From an archaeon (lineage in GTDB: Archaea; Nanobdellota; Nanobdellia; Pacearchaeales; GW2011-AR1): DNA of 44,526 nt. The stretch is taken from the NCBI GenBank assembly GCA_043810865.1, contig JBDRNS010000005.1, forward strand, positions 68,821 through 113,346. The letters run 5' to 3'. Shown here piece after piece: positions 33,923 to 43,303 of this stretch; positions within the stretch are counted from its first letter, which is position 1, and every line of letters begins with the position of its first letter. The notes below the pieces were generated by a model that had not been told where the DNA came from, searched no databases, and saw only the letters and a list, made by a program, of their open reading frames with translations. A program made the translations under genes and the position numbers.

Positions 33923-36900
33923 TGCAAATCATAAAGAAAAAAGTTGATGAACTGAAATTTACTTTGCTTAGTCCTGAGCAGATTAAAAAAATTTCTGCGG
34001 CGAAAATAGTCACGCCTGAACTTTATGATATTGACAGTTATCCTGTCGACGGAGGACTTATGGACTTGCGTTTGGGAGCAATTGATCCCGGAGTGAGATG
34101 CAGAACCTGCGGAGGACGGCTGAAAGAATGTCTCGGGCATCCCGGAAGAATTGAACTGGCAAGGTCTGTAATTCATCTGAAATATGTTCCGTTAATTGAA
34201 ACCGGCTTGAGATGTTTTTGCCATGATTGCGGAAAACTTTTGGTTTCTGAAAAAGACATGGAAAAATTACAGCCGAGCGAGAGAGCGAAGAAAGCGAAAG
34301 ACGCGAAAAAATGTCCGCACTGCAATGCAATTCATGAGAAAGTAAAAGTTGACAAGCCGACAAGTTTCTTTATTGGAAAAAAGAGATTATTTCCGACAGC
34401 AATAAGAGAAATGCTTGTAAAGATTCCCGACGAGGAATTAAGAAAAATCGGTGTGAATCCTGAAACGTGCAGAATTGAATGGGCTGTTTTGACTTTGCTG
34501 CTTGTTCCATCTGTAACAATAAGACCGAGCATCATACTTGAAAGCGGAGAAAGAAGTGAGGATGATTTGACTCACAAACTTTCGGATATCATAAGAGCAA
34601 ACCAACGTCTATGGGAAAATTTGAATGCAGGTGCTCCCGAAGTTATTATTGAGGACTTGTGGGACTTGCTGCAATTCCACGTGACAACTTTTTTTGACAA
34701 TACTGTTTCAAAAATTCCTCCTGCAAGACACAGAAGCGGACAGCCATTGAAAACAATTACCGAGAGAATAAAAGGGAAGGAAGGAAGAATAAGAAAAAAT
34801 CTTGCAGGAAAAAGAGTAAATTATTCCGGAAGAACGGTTATCTCACCTGATCCGTCGATGGAGTTGAATGAAGTTGGAATTCCTTTTGAAATTGCAAGAG
34901 TTGTAACAGTTGCCGAGACAGTTAATGATTTGAATATTGAAAAAATAAAAAAATTAATTCAGAAAGGTGAGGAATATCCCGGAGCAAGTTACATAATCAG
35001 GCCTGACGGCAAAAGAAAAAAAATAACTCCTGAGCTTAAGGAAGAAATAATAAATGAAATTGAGCCGGGCTACCAGATTGAAAGACATTTGCAGGACGGA
35101 GATGTTGTTTTGTTCAACAGACATCCGAGCTTGCATAAAGGAAGCATCATGGCTCACATTGTAAAAGTTTTGCCCGGGAGAACATTCAGATTACATCCCG
35201 GAACAACTTTTCCCTACAACGCTGATTTCGACGGAGATGAGATGAATATTCACTCTCCACAAACAGAAGAAGCAAAAGCAGAAGCCAGAATTTTGCTTGA
35301 TGTAAAAAGAAATTTAATTTCTCCAAAGAACAATACAAACATGCTCGGATTTGATGCAGATGCAATTACAGGAAATTATCTTCTAGGACTTGGTGAATTT
35401 TCAAAGGACTATGCAAATCAACTTATGTATAGGTCAGGAATTGAAAAACCAATGAATAAAAAAACAATTACGGGGACTGAGATTTTCTCGCAGTTTCTTC
35501 CCAAAATAAATTTCTCCAACAGTTCAATAACAATCAGGGACGGGGAAATAACAAAAGGAAAAATAGACAAGACAGCTTTTGGCGAAGAGGACGGGGAACT
35601 GATAAAAGAACTTGACAAAAATCTTGGAGAGGATGAGACAGCAAACATAATAAAGAAAACATTTGATTTGGGAATACATTTCCTTACAGACAGGGGAATA
35701 ACAATTTCCCTCGAGGATTTGAACATAAATCAAAAAGCAATTGATGAAGCAGATGAAATAATAAAAAAAGCAGAGAAAAAAACAGAGGAAACAATCAGAG
35801 CGTATGAAGATGAGGATGCCGAGATAATTCCCGGAAAAACAAAAGAGGAATCAAGAGAGATTAAAATTCTGCAGATTCTTAACGAAGTCAGAACAAAAGT
35901 CGGAGAAATTGTGAAAAAAGAATTTCCCGACGAGAATCCTGTTAATCACATGATTGTTTCAGGTGGAGGAGGAAACATTTCAAACATAACACAAATTGCA
36001 TGCTGCGTCGGACAGCAGGCGCTGTGGGGAAAAAGAATTGACATTGGTTACAAGGAAAGAACACTTTCATTTTTCAAAAAAGGAGAATTATCGCCTGCAT
36101 CAAAAGGTTTTATAAAAAGTCCGTTCATAAAAGGATTGCGCCCTGATGAATTCTTTTTCGGAGCTGTTACAGGAAGGGATTCACTGATGGATACTGCACT
36201 AAGAACTCCGAAATCAGGATATTTATACAGACGTCTTGCTAATGCATTGCAGGATTTGAGAGTAGAATACGACGGAACAATAAGAGACAGCAATAACAGC
36301 TTAATACAATATCAATACGGATATGACGGCTATGATGTTTCAAAACTCCACATGAAAGGAAAACTTCAGCCGGGAGAAGCAATTGGAATTATCACAGCGC
36401 AGTCGTTCGGAGAACCGTCGACGCAAATGGCTTTGAGTGTTTTCCACTTTGCAGGCGTGCAGGAAATGCAGATTACTGCAGGACTTCCACGACTGATAGA
36501 AATTTTTGACGCCAGAAAAAAACCAAGTTCTCCAAAGATGGATATTTATTTAACAAAAGATTACAATAATGAAAGAGATGCAAAAGCATTTGCCGAGAAA
36601 ATAAAAGAAGTTACTATCAGGGAAATTGCTTCTGAGATAAATGTTAATTTCAGCGACAAGACAATTCAGATAAAAACAGACAGGCGGGGATTGAGACATG
36701 CGCACACAACAATCAAGAAAGTTGCCGAGGGCTTGCATGAACTTGGATACAAAATAAGGGAAAAGGAAGATTCAATTATAATAAATGCGAGCGATTTGAA
36801 TTTCAGGGAGATTTACAAGCTGAAAGAAAAAATCAAGAAATCAATTGTCGCGGGCGTGAAGGGTGTGAGCCAGATTTTAATTGTGAAAAAAGACAGGGAT

Positions 36901-37404
36901 TACATTGTTACGACGCTGGGAACAAATCTGAAAAAAATAGTTGAGATGAAAGAAGTCGATACGAACAAGACATTTTCAAATGATTTCCATGAGACGGTTG
37001 AGATTTTTGGAATTGAAGCGGCAAGGAAACTTATAATCGACGAGATAAAAAAAGTTTTGAACACACAGGGTTTGGACATTGACATGAGGCATCTTGAATT
37101 TATTGCGGATGCGATGACAAACACAGGAGTTGTAAAGGGAATAACAAGAATGGGAATTATTGCGCAGAAATCGTCGATACTTGCAAAGGCGACATTCGAG
37201 ACACCTGTAAAACAATTCATAAACGCGTCGATAAAAGGAAGCAAAGACAAGCTCTCAAGCGTTATCGAAAATATAATTCTTAACCAGCCGGTGCCGATAG
37301 GAACAGGACTTCCCGGACTTCTTGTAAAAGTTACAGGTGCATTGACGAAAAAAGAATCGGATAAAAAAGTAGTTAAAGCCAAAATAGTTGAGAAAAACAA
37401 ATAA
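33922..37404 (+). CDS. rpoA: RNA polymerase largest subunit Rpo1, A' and A'' fused
   Basis: CLGHPG, GKRVNYSGR, YNADFDGDEMN, TPKSGYLYRRL (A'), followed directly by PGEAIGIITAQSFGEPSTQM, GLPRLIE, KATFET, PIGTG (A''). Confidence 0.96.
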   Translation: MQIIKKKVDELKFTLLSPEQIKKISAAKIVTPELYDIDSYPVDGGLMDLRLGAIDPGVRCRTCGGRLKECLGHPGRIELARSVIHLKYVPLIETGLRCFCHDCGKLLVSEKDMEKLQPSERAKKAKDAKKCPHCNAIHEKVKVDKPTSFFIGKKRLFPTAIREMLVKIPDEELRKIGVNPETCRIEWAVLTLLLVPSVTIRPSIILESGERSEDDLTHKLSDIIRANQRLWENLNAGAPEVIIEDLWDLLQFHVTTFFDNTVSKIPPARHRSGQPLKTITERIKGKEGRIRKNLAGKRVNYSGRTVISPDPSMELNEVGIPFEIARVVTVAETVNDLNIEKIKKLIQKGEEYPGASYIIRPDGKRKKITPELKEEIINEIEPGYQIERHLQDGDVVLFNRHPSLHKGSIMAHIVKVLPGRTFRLHPGTTFPYNADFDGDEMNIHSPQTEEAKAEARILLDVKRNLISPKNNTNMLGFDADAITGNYLLGLGEFSKDYANQLMYRSGIEKPMNKKTITGTEIFSQFLPKINFSNSSITIRDGEITKGKIDKTAFGEEDGELIKELDKNLGEDETANIIKKTFDLGIHFLTDRGITISLEDLNINQKAIDEADEIIKKAEKKTEETIRAYEDEDAEIIPGKTKEESREIKILQILNEVRTKVGEIVKKEFPDENPVNHMIVSGGGGNISNITQIACCVGQQALWGKRIDIGYKERTLSFFKKGELSPASKGFIKSPFIKGLRPDEFFFGAVTGRDSLMDTALRTPKSGYLYRRLANALQDLRVEYDGTIRDSNNSLIQYQYGYDGYDVSKLHMKGKLQPGEAIGIITAQSFGEPSTQMALSVFHFAGVQEMQITAGLPRLIEIFDARKKPSSPKMDIYLTKDYNNERDAKAFAEKIKEVTIREIASEINVNFSDKTIQIKTDRRGLRHAHTTIKKVAEGLHELGYKIREKEDSIIINASDLNFREIYKLKEKIKKSIVAGVKGVSQILIVKKDRDYIVTTLGTNLKKIVEMKEVDTNKTFSNDFHETVEIFGIEAARKLIIDEIKKVLNTQGLDIDMRHLEFIADAMTNTGVVKGITRMGIIAQKSSILAKATFETPVKQFINASIKGSKDKLSSVIENIILNQPVPIGTGLPGLLVKVTGALTKKESDKKVVKAKIVEKNK

Positions 37405-37411
37405 GAGGAAA

Positions 37412-37828
37412 ATGGCGGGAACAATTGACATGCAAGCGATGAGGCATCTGAACCTGTTCAATAAAATAACAAGAATCAGCACGCGTTTTTGCTTTAATTA
37501 CAACAATACAATTTTTTTCTGCGTTCCAAGAAACATGCTTTCAAGAGCAATCGGTGAAAACGGAAGCAACATAAAAAAAATGAATGAAGTTTTAAGGAGA
37601 AAAATAAAAGTCATTGCAAGTCCGAGAGGAATTGAAGATGCAAAAAGATTTATAGAATCAATTGTAAGTCCTGTAACTTTCAGGGATTTGACAATCAACG
37701 GAAATGAAATCACAATTAGTGCGGGAACGCAAAGCAAAGCGGCATTAATCGGAAGAGACAAAAGACGATTGCTTGAATTGCAGAATATTGCAAAAGATTT
37801 CTTCGGGAAAGAGTTGAGGATTATTTAA
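37412..37828 (+). CDS. nusA: Archaeal NusA (two KH domains)
   Basis: RAIGENGSNIKK, KAALIGRDKRRL; downstream of rpoA; start at ATG 37412. Confidence 0.9.
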   Translation: MAGTIDMQAMRHLNLFNKITRISTRFCFNYNNTIFFCVPRNMLSRAIGENGSNIKKMNEVLRRKIKVIASPRGIEDAKRFIESIVSPVTFRDLTINGNEITISAGTQSKAALIGRDKRRLLELQNIAKDFFGKELRII

Positions 37829-37927
37829 GATAGGGAATATTATACGTCCATTATACAAGAAAATATTTAAATAATGTAGACGTGTAAACAAGATTCTTGA
37901 TAAAGAGTTAAGAATTATATAAATTGA

Positions 37928-38332
37928 TTAATTTTGGATTTTATTCTCAATAATTCTAATTAAATTGTTTATAATGGTTTTTATTGAGTCCTCATAATTA
38001 GACAGAAATTCTTTCTCGGCTTGTTTGCCATAATAAACAATTCCATGCCTGAGTTTTCTTAAGATGTCTATAGTATTTACAGCATTGCCATTAAATTCTT
38101 TGTAATTTTTAGACAAGTATTGTATTAAGCCAGTATGGCTTAGAGTTTTATATCCGTCAAAATACATTACTGAAGTTATCAATTGGACAATAATCTCATA
38201 ATATTCTTCAATTATTTTATATGATTTATCCCTTGGAAATAAAGGAATTATTTCATTCAACCTGTCTTTTGCCGTATTAAACAAATCTTTAGCCCGTATA
38301 ATATCTTTGCTTATTTTAAATATCTCTTTCAT
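37928..38332 (-). CDS. HEPN-domain protein (partner of the MNT)
   Basis: EEYYEII, DGYKTLSH, LRKLRHGIVYYG; overlaps the MNT gene. Confidence 0.75.
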   Translation of the reverse strand: MKEIFKISKDIIRAKDLFNTAKDRLNEIIPLFPRDKSYKIIEEYYEIIVQLITSVMYFDGYKTLSHTGLIQYLSKNYKEFNGNAVNTIDILRKLRHGIVYYGKQAEKEFLSNYEDSIKTIINNLIRIIENKIQN

Positions 38333-38843
38333 CTATTCCTCCATAGATTATTCGTCCATTTAAAACATTAATTTTAATTGATTTATTTAATTTATTAAGA
38401 TTTTCCACAAAAACAAGATTTATTTTCCTGTTCAATGATTTTTCAAATTTCTTCAGATTTATTTCTTTTTTAACTTTAGATAGTATAATAATGTCTATAT
38501 CACTTGATTCTGTATCTTCCCCTTTTACATAAGAGCCAAAAATCATTATGGATTTAGGATAAAGAAGTTTGGCTATTAATTCTCTTAATTCATAAAGAGA
38601 ATAAAAATTATATGCTTGTTTATAAAATATAAATTTCTCATTTTCTCTGTTTGCAACGAATCCGTCAAATGGCTTTGCTTTTGTTTTAACAATCAGATTA
38701 TTTTTTTCAAGTTCTCTGATATGATTTCTGACAGACGTCGGAGCAAGATTGGTTTTTTTCCCAATTTCTCTTATAAAATGCATATTGGTTGGTTCTATAA
38801 AGAATACTCCAAGAACTTTTAATAAGCTACATTTTTGTATCAT
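38316..38843 (-). CDS. HTH + minimal nucleotidyltransferase (MNT)
   Basis: HFIREIGKKTNLAPTSVRNHI (wHTH); FGSYVKGEDTESSDIDI. Confidence 0.88.
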   Translation of the reverse strand: MIQKCSLLKVLGVFFIEPTNMHFIREIGKKTNLAPTSVRNHIRELEKNNLIVKTKAKPFDGFVANRENEKFIFYKQAYNFYSLYELRELIAKLLYPKSIMIFGSYVKGEDTESSDIDIIILSKVKKEINLKKFEKSLNRKINLVFVENLNKLNKSIKINVLNGRIIYGGIDERDI

Positions 38844-38908
38844 ATGATACATTTATGTTTATATCTCTATATAAATGTTTCTATGGGAAGTTGAGGATTG
38901 TTTAGCAT

Positions 38909-39109
38909 CTAATCATAAGACCTTTCTCCGTGCTCTACTACCATGGCAGAATTATTTTGAGGAGTGTATAATACTCTTTTGCCGTCAGGTAATATTCCAA
39001 TATACTCTGGAGGAAAAGTGCCTCTCACTTCATGGGTTTGAACAAAAGAATTTAGGGGAATTTCTTCTAAAACTGAATCACGAATAATTCCGGAATCATC
39101 TCTTACCAT
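38909..39109 (-). CDS. Small hypothetical protein
   Basis: 66 aa ORF filling the gap. Confidence 0.45.
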   Translation of the reverse strand: MVRDDSGIIRDSVLEEIPLNSFVQTHEVRGTFPPEYIGILPDGKRVLYTPQNNSAMVVEHGERSYD

Positions 39110-39166
39110 ACATTAATAATAATTTTTGGTTTTTAAGAATTGTTGTTTTGAAGGGGAAGGTGGTTG

Positions 39167-40762
39167 TTAAGGTTGGGTTATTGTAAAATTAATTACTTCT
39201 GAACTTCCAACATTTCCCAGTGTATCTACTGCATCAATTTCCAAAGTATGAGCCCCGTTTTGCAAGTTTAAATCGAAAGGAGTATTGCAAACAATTGGCT
39301 GAGGAGTTCCACCATCAATTATAGCACTACAACCACTTGGGTCTAAATTATCATCTAAATCAGCTTCATTATGTTGAACAGTTAACGGGCTATTAGATGA
39401 TTGCCCTTCTGTTGGACTTTGAACTTGAACTGTTGGAGAGTATTCTTTTTCAAAAGATAATGCACTAACTTCATCTGCATTAGTATTTGTATAAACGAAT
39501 CTTAACCAGTCAGCATCTTCAAATATTTCTACAGTTAAATTAAAACCTCTTGAAAGATTCAGAATTTCTCCATTAAAAAGAACATCTTCATTAAGTACTG
39601 TTTGATAATCCTCTGGTAAACTATTAAAAGTATGAACATGAGATGTAGTTCTGCTATCAAAATGCATTTCTTCTAATTCTAAAGGCACAAATTCTTCTGC
39701 AGAATTATGATGTGCTGCTTTAAAGACATACATTCGATTAGTGCTGTCTACACATATGGTAATAGGTAAACGAACTTCTAGAGAATCCCTTTGATAACCT
39801 CCTGAGATTTCATCTTTTAAGAATCTGTGAACAGTATTATTCAAAAGATCTGATACGAGAAAACCTCCTTCAATTTGAACAATTTTATACTGCATACTAA
39901 GAGGCAATGAACCAGCAGGAGTATCCGGAAATAAAGTCCCCAGATTTTCTCCTAAAGGTATGTCTGTTTCAGAAACTTTATCCTGGAGATTTGAATCAGT
40001 TGAAAGAACATAAGGATTTCTAGTAATCTGCCCATTGGATCTAGTTGGAAGCATTACAAAGTAGAATCTCCCATCATTGAATCTCTTAGCATCGACAATT
40101 CCTATTAAATTATTATCCTGAGGGTACTCAGCCCTTTGATAACTTCCAGTAATATCAGGAGAAAACTTTAAAGGTTGACCAGATACATTAGTAAAAAAGA
40201 GTATGTCTGTTGTTCCGGAAATAGTATTTAAAATAAGTCCTTGAGGAACTGAACCGTCTGCTGAATCAGCATATAGTGTTGTTAAGAATTTACCAATATC
40301 TTCCAAACCAAATGAAACAATTTGTTCTATCGGAGATGTTCCTGCAATAACCTCCTCAATTGTTCCAGTATATCTATTTAAGGTAGGGAAAATATCATAA
40401 TTAAAACTTTGAGGAGCGTTATCTTGAAGGGAAGTTCCTGAAGTAAGTGTAGGTCTTGTTGCAAATACTTGCAAGTTTATATCAGTTGAGGATAAAGAAT
40501 ATATCTGGACTCCTCCTCGCTGTTGCTCAACTTTATGAGAAGACAAAGCTTCAGGCATGTAATTGGTTGCTAAGGTCAATGGTACTGAAGGATTTCTCAA
40601 ACTATACCCACCACTCACTTGTTCCTCCTGTGCTGGCGGAGGGGTAATTATTTCTGTATCCCTACTAAGACATCCTCCAAATACTAACCCTGCACCCAAA
40701 AGTGCTGCAAGTCCAAGTGCCTTTAAACCCCTATAACTTGATTTTCTTCCAGAGTATTCCAT
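39167..40762 (-). CDS. Putative surface lipoprotein with C-terminal Ig-like domain
   Basis: LGLAALLGAGLVFGGC lipobox-like signal; beta-rich body; C-terminal PTVQVQSP...NGAHTLEIDAVDTLGN. Confidence 0.7.
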   Translation of the reverse strand: MEYSGRKSSYRGLKALGLAALLGAGLVFGGCLSRDTEIITPPPAQEEQVSGGYSLRNPSVPLTLATNYMPEALSSHKVEQQRGGVQIYSLSSTDINLQVFATRPTLTSGTSLQDNAPQSFNYDIFPTLNRYTGTIEEVIAGTSPIEQIVSFGLEDIGKFLTTLYADSADGSVPQGLILNTISGTTDILFFTNVSGQPLKFSPDITGSYQRAEYPQDNNLIGIVDAKRFNDGRFYFVMLPTRSNGQITRNPYVLSTDSNLQDKVSETDIPLGENLGTLFPDTPAGSLPLSMQYKIVQIEGGFLVSDLLNNTVHRFLKDEISGGYQRDSLEVRLPITICVDSTNRMYVFKAAHHNSAEEFVPLELEEMHFDSRTTSHVHTFNSLPEDYQTVLNEDVLFNGEILNLSRGFNLTVEIFEDADWLRFVYTNTNADEVSALSFEKEYSPTVQVQSPTEGQSSNSPLTVQHNEADLDDNLDPSGCSAIIDGGTPQPIVCNTPFDLNLQNGAHTLEIDAVDTLGNVGSSEVINFTITQP

Positions 40763-40840
40763 AAAAAACCAAACTCAAACATCTATTTAAGATTTTCTGT
40801 TCGCGGTTTTGAGTTGGAAGGAGTGAAAGATAAACCAGTA

Positions 40841-41089
40841 TTAATTGTAAATGTTTTTTCTATGCCCTATTCTTAAAACTATTATCTTGTTTGCAGAAAC
40901 TAAAACATCCACTATTGCCCTGTAATCAGCAATTCTCAATCTCCATAATTTCTCCCCCTGCAATCTTTTTAGAAATCGGAACGGATTTTCCCTTATTGAA
41001 TAAATTTTGTTTAAAATAATATCAGCATCTCTTTTTTGCAATTTCTTAATAAATTCCTTAGAACTTTTTGAGAGTTCAACAGAATACAT
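40841..41089 (-). CDS. RelE/ParE-family toxin
   Basis: MYSVELSK, KRLQGEKLWRLRIADYRAI, IGHRKNIY. Confidence 0.9.
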   Translation of the reverse strand: MYSVELSKSSKEFIKKLQKRDADIILNKIYSIRENPFRFLKRLQGEKLWRLRIADYRAIVDVLVSANKIIVLRIGHRKNIYN

Positions 41090-41090
41090 T

Positions 41091-41327
41091 TTATCTAAGT
41101 TTCACACCCAATTCTCTTGCTACATCTTCAATGGGATAAATTTTTCCTTTCCTTACTTCCTCTAATGCTATTTTTATGTCTCTTATTTCTTCTTCACTAA
41201 GTGTCTCTTCTTCGATATTATCAATAAGATTATTCAAAAGTTCGCTATAAGATTGCCTTTCAAATTGTTTCAATGCTTTCAACCGTTCAAGAGTTCCAAT
41301 ATCCACCTGGATTGTTGTTTTTTTCAT
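41091..41327 (-). CDS. Antitoxin (RHH-like N-terminus, acidic C-terminus)
   Basis: KTTIQV..TLERLK...SYSELLNNLI; IKIALEEVRKGK..PIEDVARELG; directly upstream of RelE. Confidence 0.82.
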   Translation of the reverse strand: MKKTTIQVDIGTLERLKALKQFERQSYSELLNNLIDNIEEETLSEEEIRDIKIALEEVRKGKIYPIEDVARELGVKLR

Positions 41328-41363
41328 TATATAACTACTTATAATTGCTATATAAATCTTTCT

Positions 41364-41456
41364 TCAACACCAAGAATATGAATTATCTTTTGAACACATT
41401 TCTGTCTGCATATTTTCAATTTTTTGTTGGAGGTTTTGGTTTTGTGTTTGGAGATT
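41364..41456 (-). repeat. Orphan copy R3 of the adhesin 3' end
   Basis: Encodes NLQTQNQNLQQKIENMQTEMCSKDNSYSWC* versus DLQIQNQNLQKQIENMQTEMCSKGEWSWC* at 43304 onward. Confidence 0.9.
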
Positions 41457-41493
41457 CAGAAAAGTATTTAAATTCAAAGGTACAGATATTTGT

Positions 41494-41736
41494 ATGAATA
41501 AAATAGGAATTAATATTGTTATAGAAAGGGAAAAAGTAAACTCAGAAGTTATTTTTACAGCTTCTAGCCCCGACATAAATGTTTTTGCGGAAGGAAAAAG
41601 CATAGATGAAGTGAAAGAGAAATTTGTAGAAGGGGTTAAAAACCATTTTGAAGCGTTTCCGGAGGAAAGAATATCCTTGATAAAAGAAAATAATTCTGAA
41701 TTTGAAATGCCTATGATCCAAAAGATTTTCTTATAA
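41494..41736 (+). CDS. HicB-like antitoxin
   Basis: FTASSPDINVFAEGKSIDEVKEKFVEGV; own TATA at about 41466. Confidence 0.75.
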   Translation: MNKIGINIVIEREKVNSEVIFTASSPDINVFAEGKSIDEVKEKFVEGVKNHFEAFPEERISLIKENNSEFEMPMIQKIFL

Positions 41737-41940
41737 TTAATAAAATTCTTCTTTTGATATTCCTGTTAATCTGGATATTTTATTAAAAACTCCAATTGTT
41801 GTTAAAGGCAAGACAACTGTGATATGTATTTTTCCATTTGATAAAGAAACATGACTGCCTTTCCTACTTTTTATTTCATAACCGTGCTGCATCAATACTT
41901 TAATTATATTTTCACCCTTTATTACTTTTGGTGTTTTCAT
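41737..41940 (-). CDS. HicA-family toxin
   Basis: IIKVLMQHGY...RKGSHV, TVVLP, GVFNKI...GISKEEF. Confidence 0.85.
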   Translation of the reverse strand: MKTPKVIKGENIIKVLMQHGYEIKSRKGSHVSLSNGKIHITVVLPLTTIGVFNKISRLTGISKEEFY

Positions 41941-41985
41941 AATATACTAATAAAGAATCAATATTTAAAATGTTTTTGATTAAAA

Positions 41986-42039
41986 TATTTTTCAACACCA
42001 ACTATAAGAATTATCTTTTGTGCAAAGTTCCTGTTTTAG
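41986..42039 (-). repeat. Orphan copy R2 of the adhesin 3' end
   Basis: Encodes LKQELCTKDNSYSWC*; 41986-42033 is identical over 48 bp to 42593-42640. Confidence 0.92.
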
Positions 42040-42044
42040 AAAAT

Positions 42045-42293
42045 TCATTGTTTCTTTTTATGGTATAAATCCAAGATATAAACTATATTTTCATCTTTTT
42101 TGTAAGCATAAGACAATCTAAAAGGTTTAATATAAAGTTCTCTTGTGCCTTTCCTGACATTTCTCATCGGTTTTCCAACATCCGGGTTTTCGGAGATTTT
42201 CTTTATTTGTTTTTTTATTTTTGTTCTCAATAAATTATCTTTTAGTCGGGAGAATATCTCTGTAAATTTTTTATCAAATCGGATTTCTACCAT
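42045..42293 (-). CDS. RelE/ParE-family toxin
   Basis: NPDVGKPMR, TRELYIKPFRLSY, LYHKKKQ. Confidence 0.88.
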   Translation of the reverse strand: MVEIRFDKKFTEIFSRLKDNLLRTKIKKQIKKISENPDVGKPMRNVRKGTRELYIKPFRLSYAYKKDENIVYILDLYHKKKQ

Positions 42294-42556
42294 TTTTCCA
42301 TTTCTTCGAAAAGGTTTTCAGAATCAATGCTTATAAATTCCCCTTTCTCTATTCTTCCCCATGCTTCCTCAGTTCTTCTTGCAAATTCCAAGTCGTCTTT
42401 TATATTTTCAGTTAAGTTTTCAACTTTTTTAAGAATAATTCTGTCATCATCCCTGATTACTATTAAATTATCTCCTTCTTTAAGATTTTTCCTTAGATTT
42501 GCAGGAATTACTATCTGTCCTTTTGAGCTCATTTTTGTTATATCTAAACTAACCAT
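42287..42556 (-). CDS. AbrB/MazE-family antitoxin
   Basis: TKMSSKGQIVIPANLR..LKEGD; overlaps the toxin start. Confidence 0.9.
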   Translation of the reverse strand: MVSLDITKMSSKGQIVIPANLRKNLKEGDNLIVIRDDDRIILKKVENLTENIKDDLEFARRTEEAWGRIEKGEFISIDSENLFEEMEKW

Positions 42557-42557
42557 G

Positions 42558-42573
42558 GTAAGACGTATCTTAC
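42558..42573. promoter_or_regulatory. Palindromic operator candidate for the AbrB-type antitoxin
   Basis: GTAAGA-CGTA-TCTTAC between the TATA (tttataaa) and the ATG. Confidence 0.6.
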
Positions 42574-42592
42574 TAGATTTATAAACTTTTCT

Positions 42593-42646
42593 TATTTTTC
42601 AACACCAACTATAAGAATTATCTTTTGTGCAAAGTTCCTGCTTTAA
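42593..42646 (-). repeat. Orphan copy R1 of the adhesin 3' end
   Basis: Encodes LKQELCTKDNSYSWC*. Confidence 0.92.
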
Positions 42647-42658
42647 TGTTAGAAGTAA

Positions 42659-43054
42659 TCAAACTAAATCTTTGGTTCTTACTAAATTGATTCCTTTCAA
42701 ATCTCTAAAATCTTTATCTTCACTCCAAACAAAACAATTTTCTTTAATACTTAATGCTAATATTTCTACATCTTTTTCATCTATTTTTCCAATAATTTCA
42801 TCTGCATCTTTTATTTTGTCTTTGTAATATTTTTTAGAATAAATTTTTATTGGTAATAAAAATAATGCTTCTTTAATCTCCTCTTCATTAACCAAAGATT
42901 TTTTAGAGATTAATGAGATATATTTTCTAACTTCATCCATTGTATATTCCGAAGATATAAAATTAAATCTGTGGTCAAATAGGATATTTCTACTAATTCC
43001 TCCTATTAAAGCGGAAATAATCGGAGTTGCATCCACTGCAATTTTTATTTTCAT
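42659..43054 (-). CDS. PIN-domain (VapC-like) toxin
   Basis: VDATPIISALI, TMDEV, DEKDVEILAL, WSEDKDF. Confidence 0.88.
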   Translation of the reverse strand: MKIKIAVDATPIISALIGGISRNILFDHRFNFISSEYTMDEVRKYISLISKKSLVNEEEIKEALFLLPIKIYSKKYYKDKIKDADEIIGKIDEKDVEILALSIKENCFVWSEDKDFRDLKGINLVRTKDLV

Positions 43055-43269
43055 TATCTCTTCTCAAAATCATCTAATATTTCTTTAGGACTAATTTTGT
43101 TATTTTTTAATCCTAATGCAACCTTATTACTAATTTGAAGAAATCTCTGCTTTTTTAGTTCAAGTATCTTATCTCTGACAGCTTCTTCTATAAATTCAGA
43201 ATTTCCATTAAATCCGAGTTCAGATATAATCTTGTTTAGTTCTTCAGGCAATTTAATCTTTGTTTCCAT
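43054..43269 (-). CDS. Ribbon-helix-helix antitoxin
   Basis: IKLPEEL...GF..NSEFIEEAVRDKI; coupled to the PIN start. Confidence 0.82.
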   Translation of the reverse strand: METKIKLPEELNKIISELGFNGNSEFIEEAVRDKILELKKQRFLQISNKVALGLKNNKISPKEILDDFEKR

Positions 43270-43303
43270 AATTAAATCAGTTAGAAATAATATTTAAAAC
43301 TTT

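Noticed and set aside
20812-37404. Inteins in NrdJ, Rpo2 or Rpo1
   Set aside because: Lengths are normal or short, conserved motifs are contiguous, and no C...HN-C/S/T insertions were seen.
30553-37761. Numerous minus-strand ORFs within rpoB, rpoA and nusA
   Set aside because: Antisense shadows of highly conserved genes, without motifs.
41364-41603. 79 aa minus-strand ORF ending in SWC
   Set aside because: Its 5' half is the antisense of the HicB-like gene; only the last about 30 codons are meaningful, as repeat R3.
41986-42646. R1/R2 as a CRISPR array or classical attC sites
   Set aside because: Spacing is about 600 bp with whole genes between, no cas or integrase gene is present, no clear RYYYAAC...GTTRRRY pairing is seen, and the repeats keep an adhesin reading frame.
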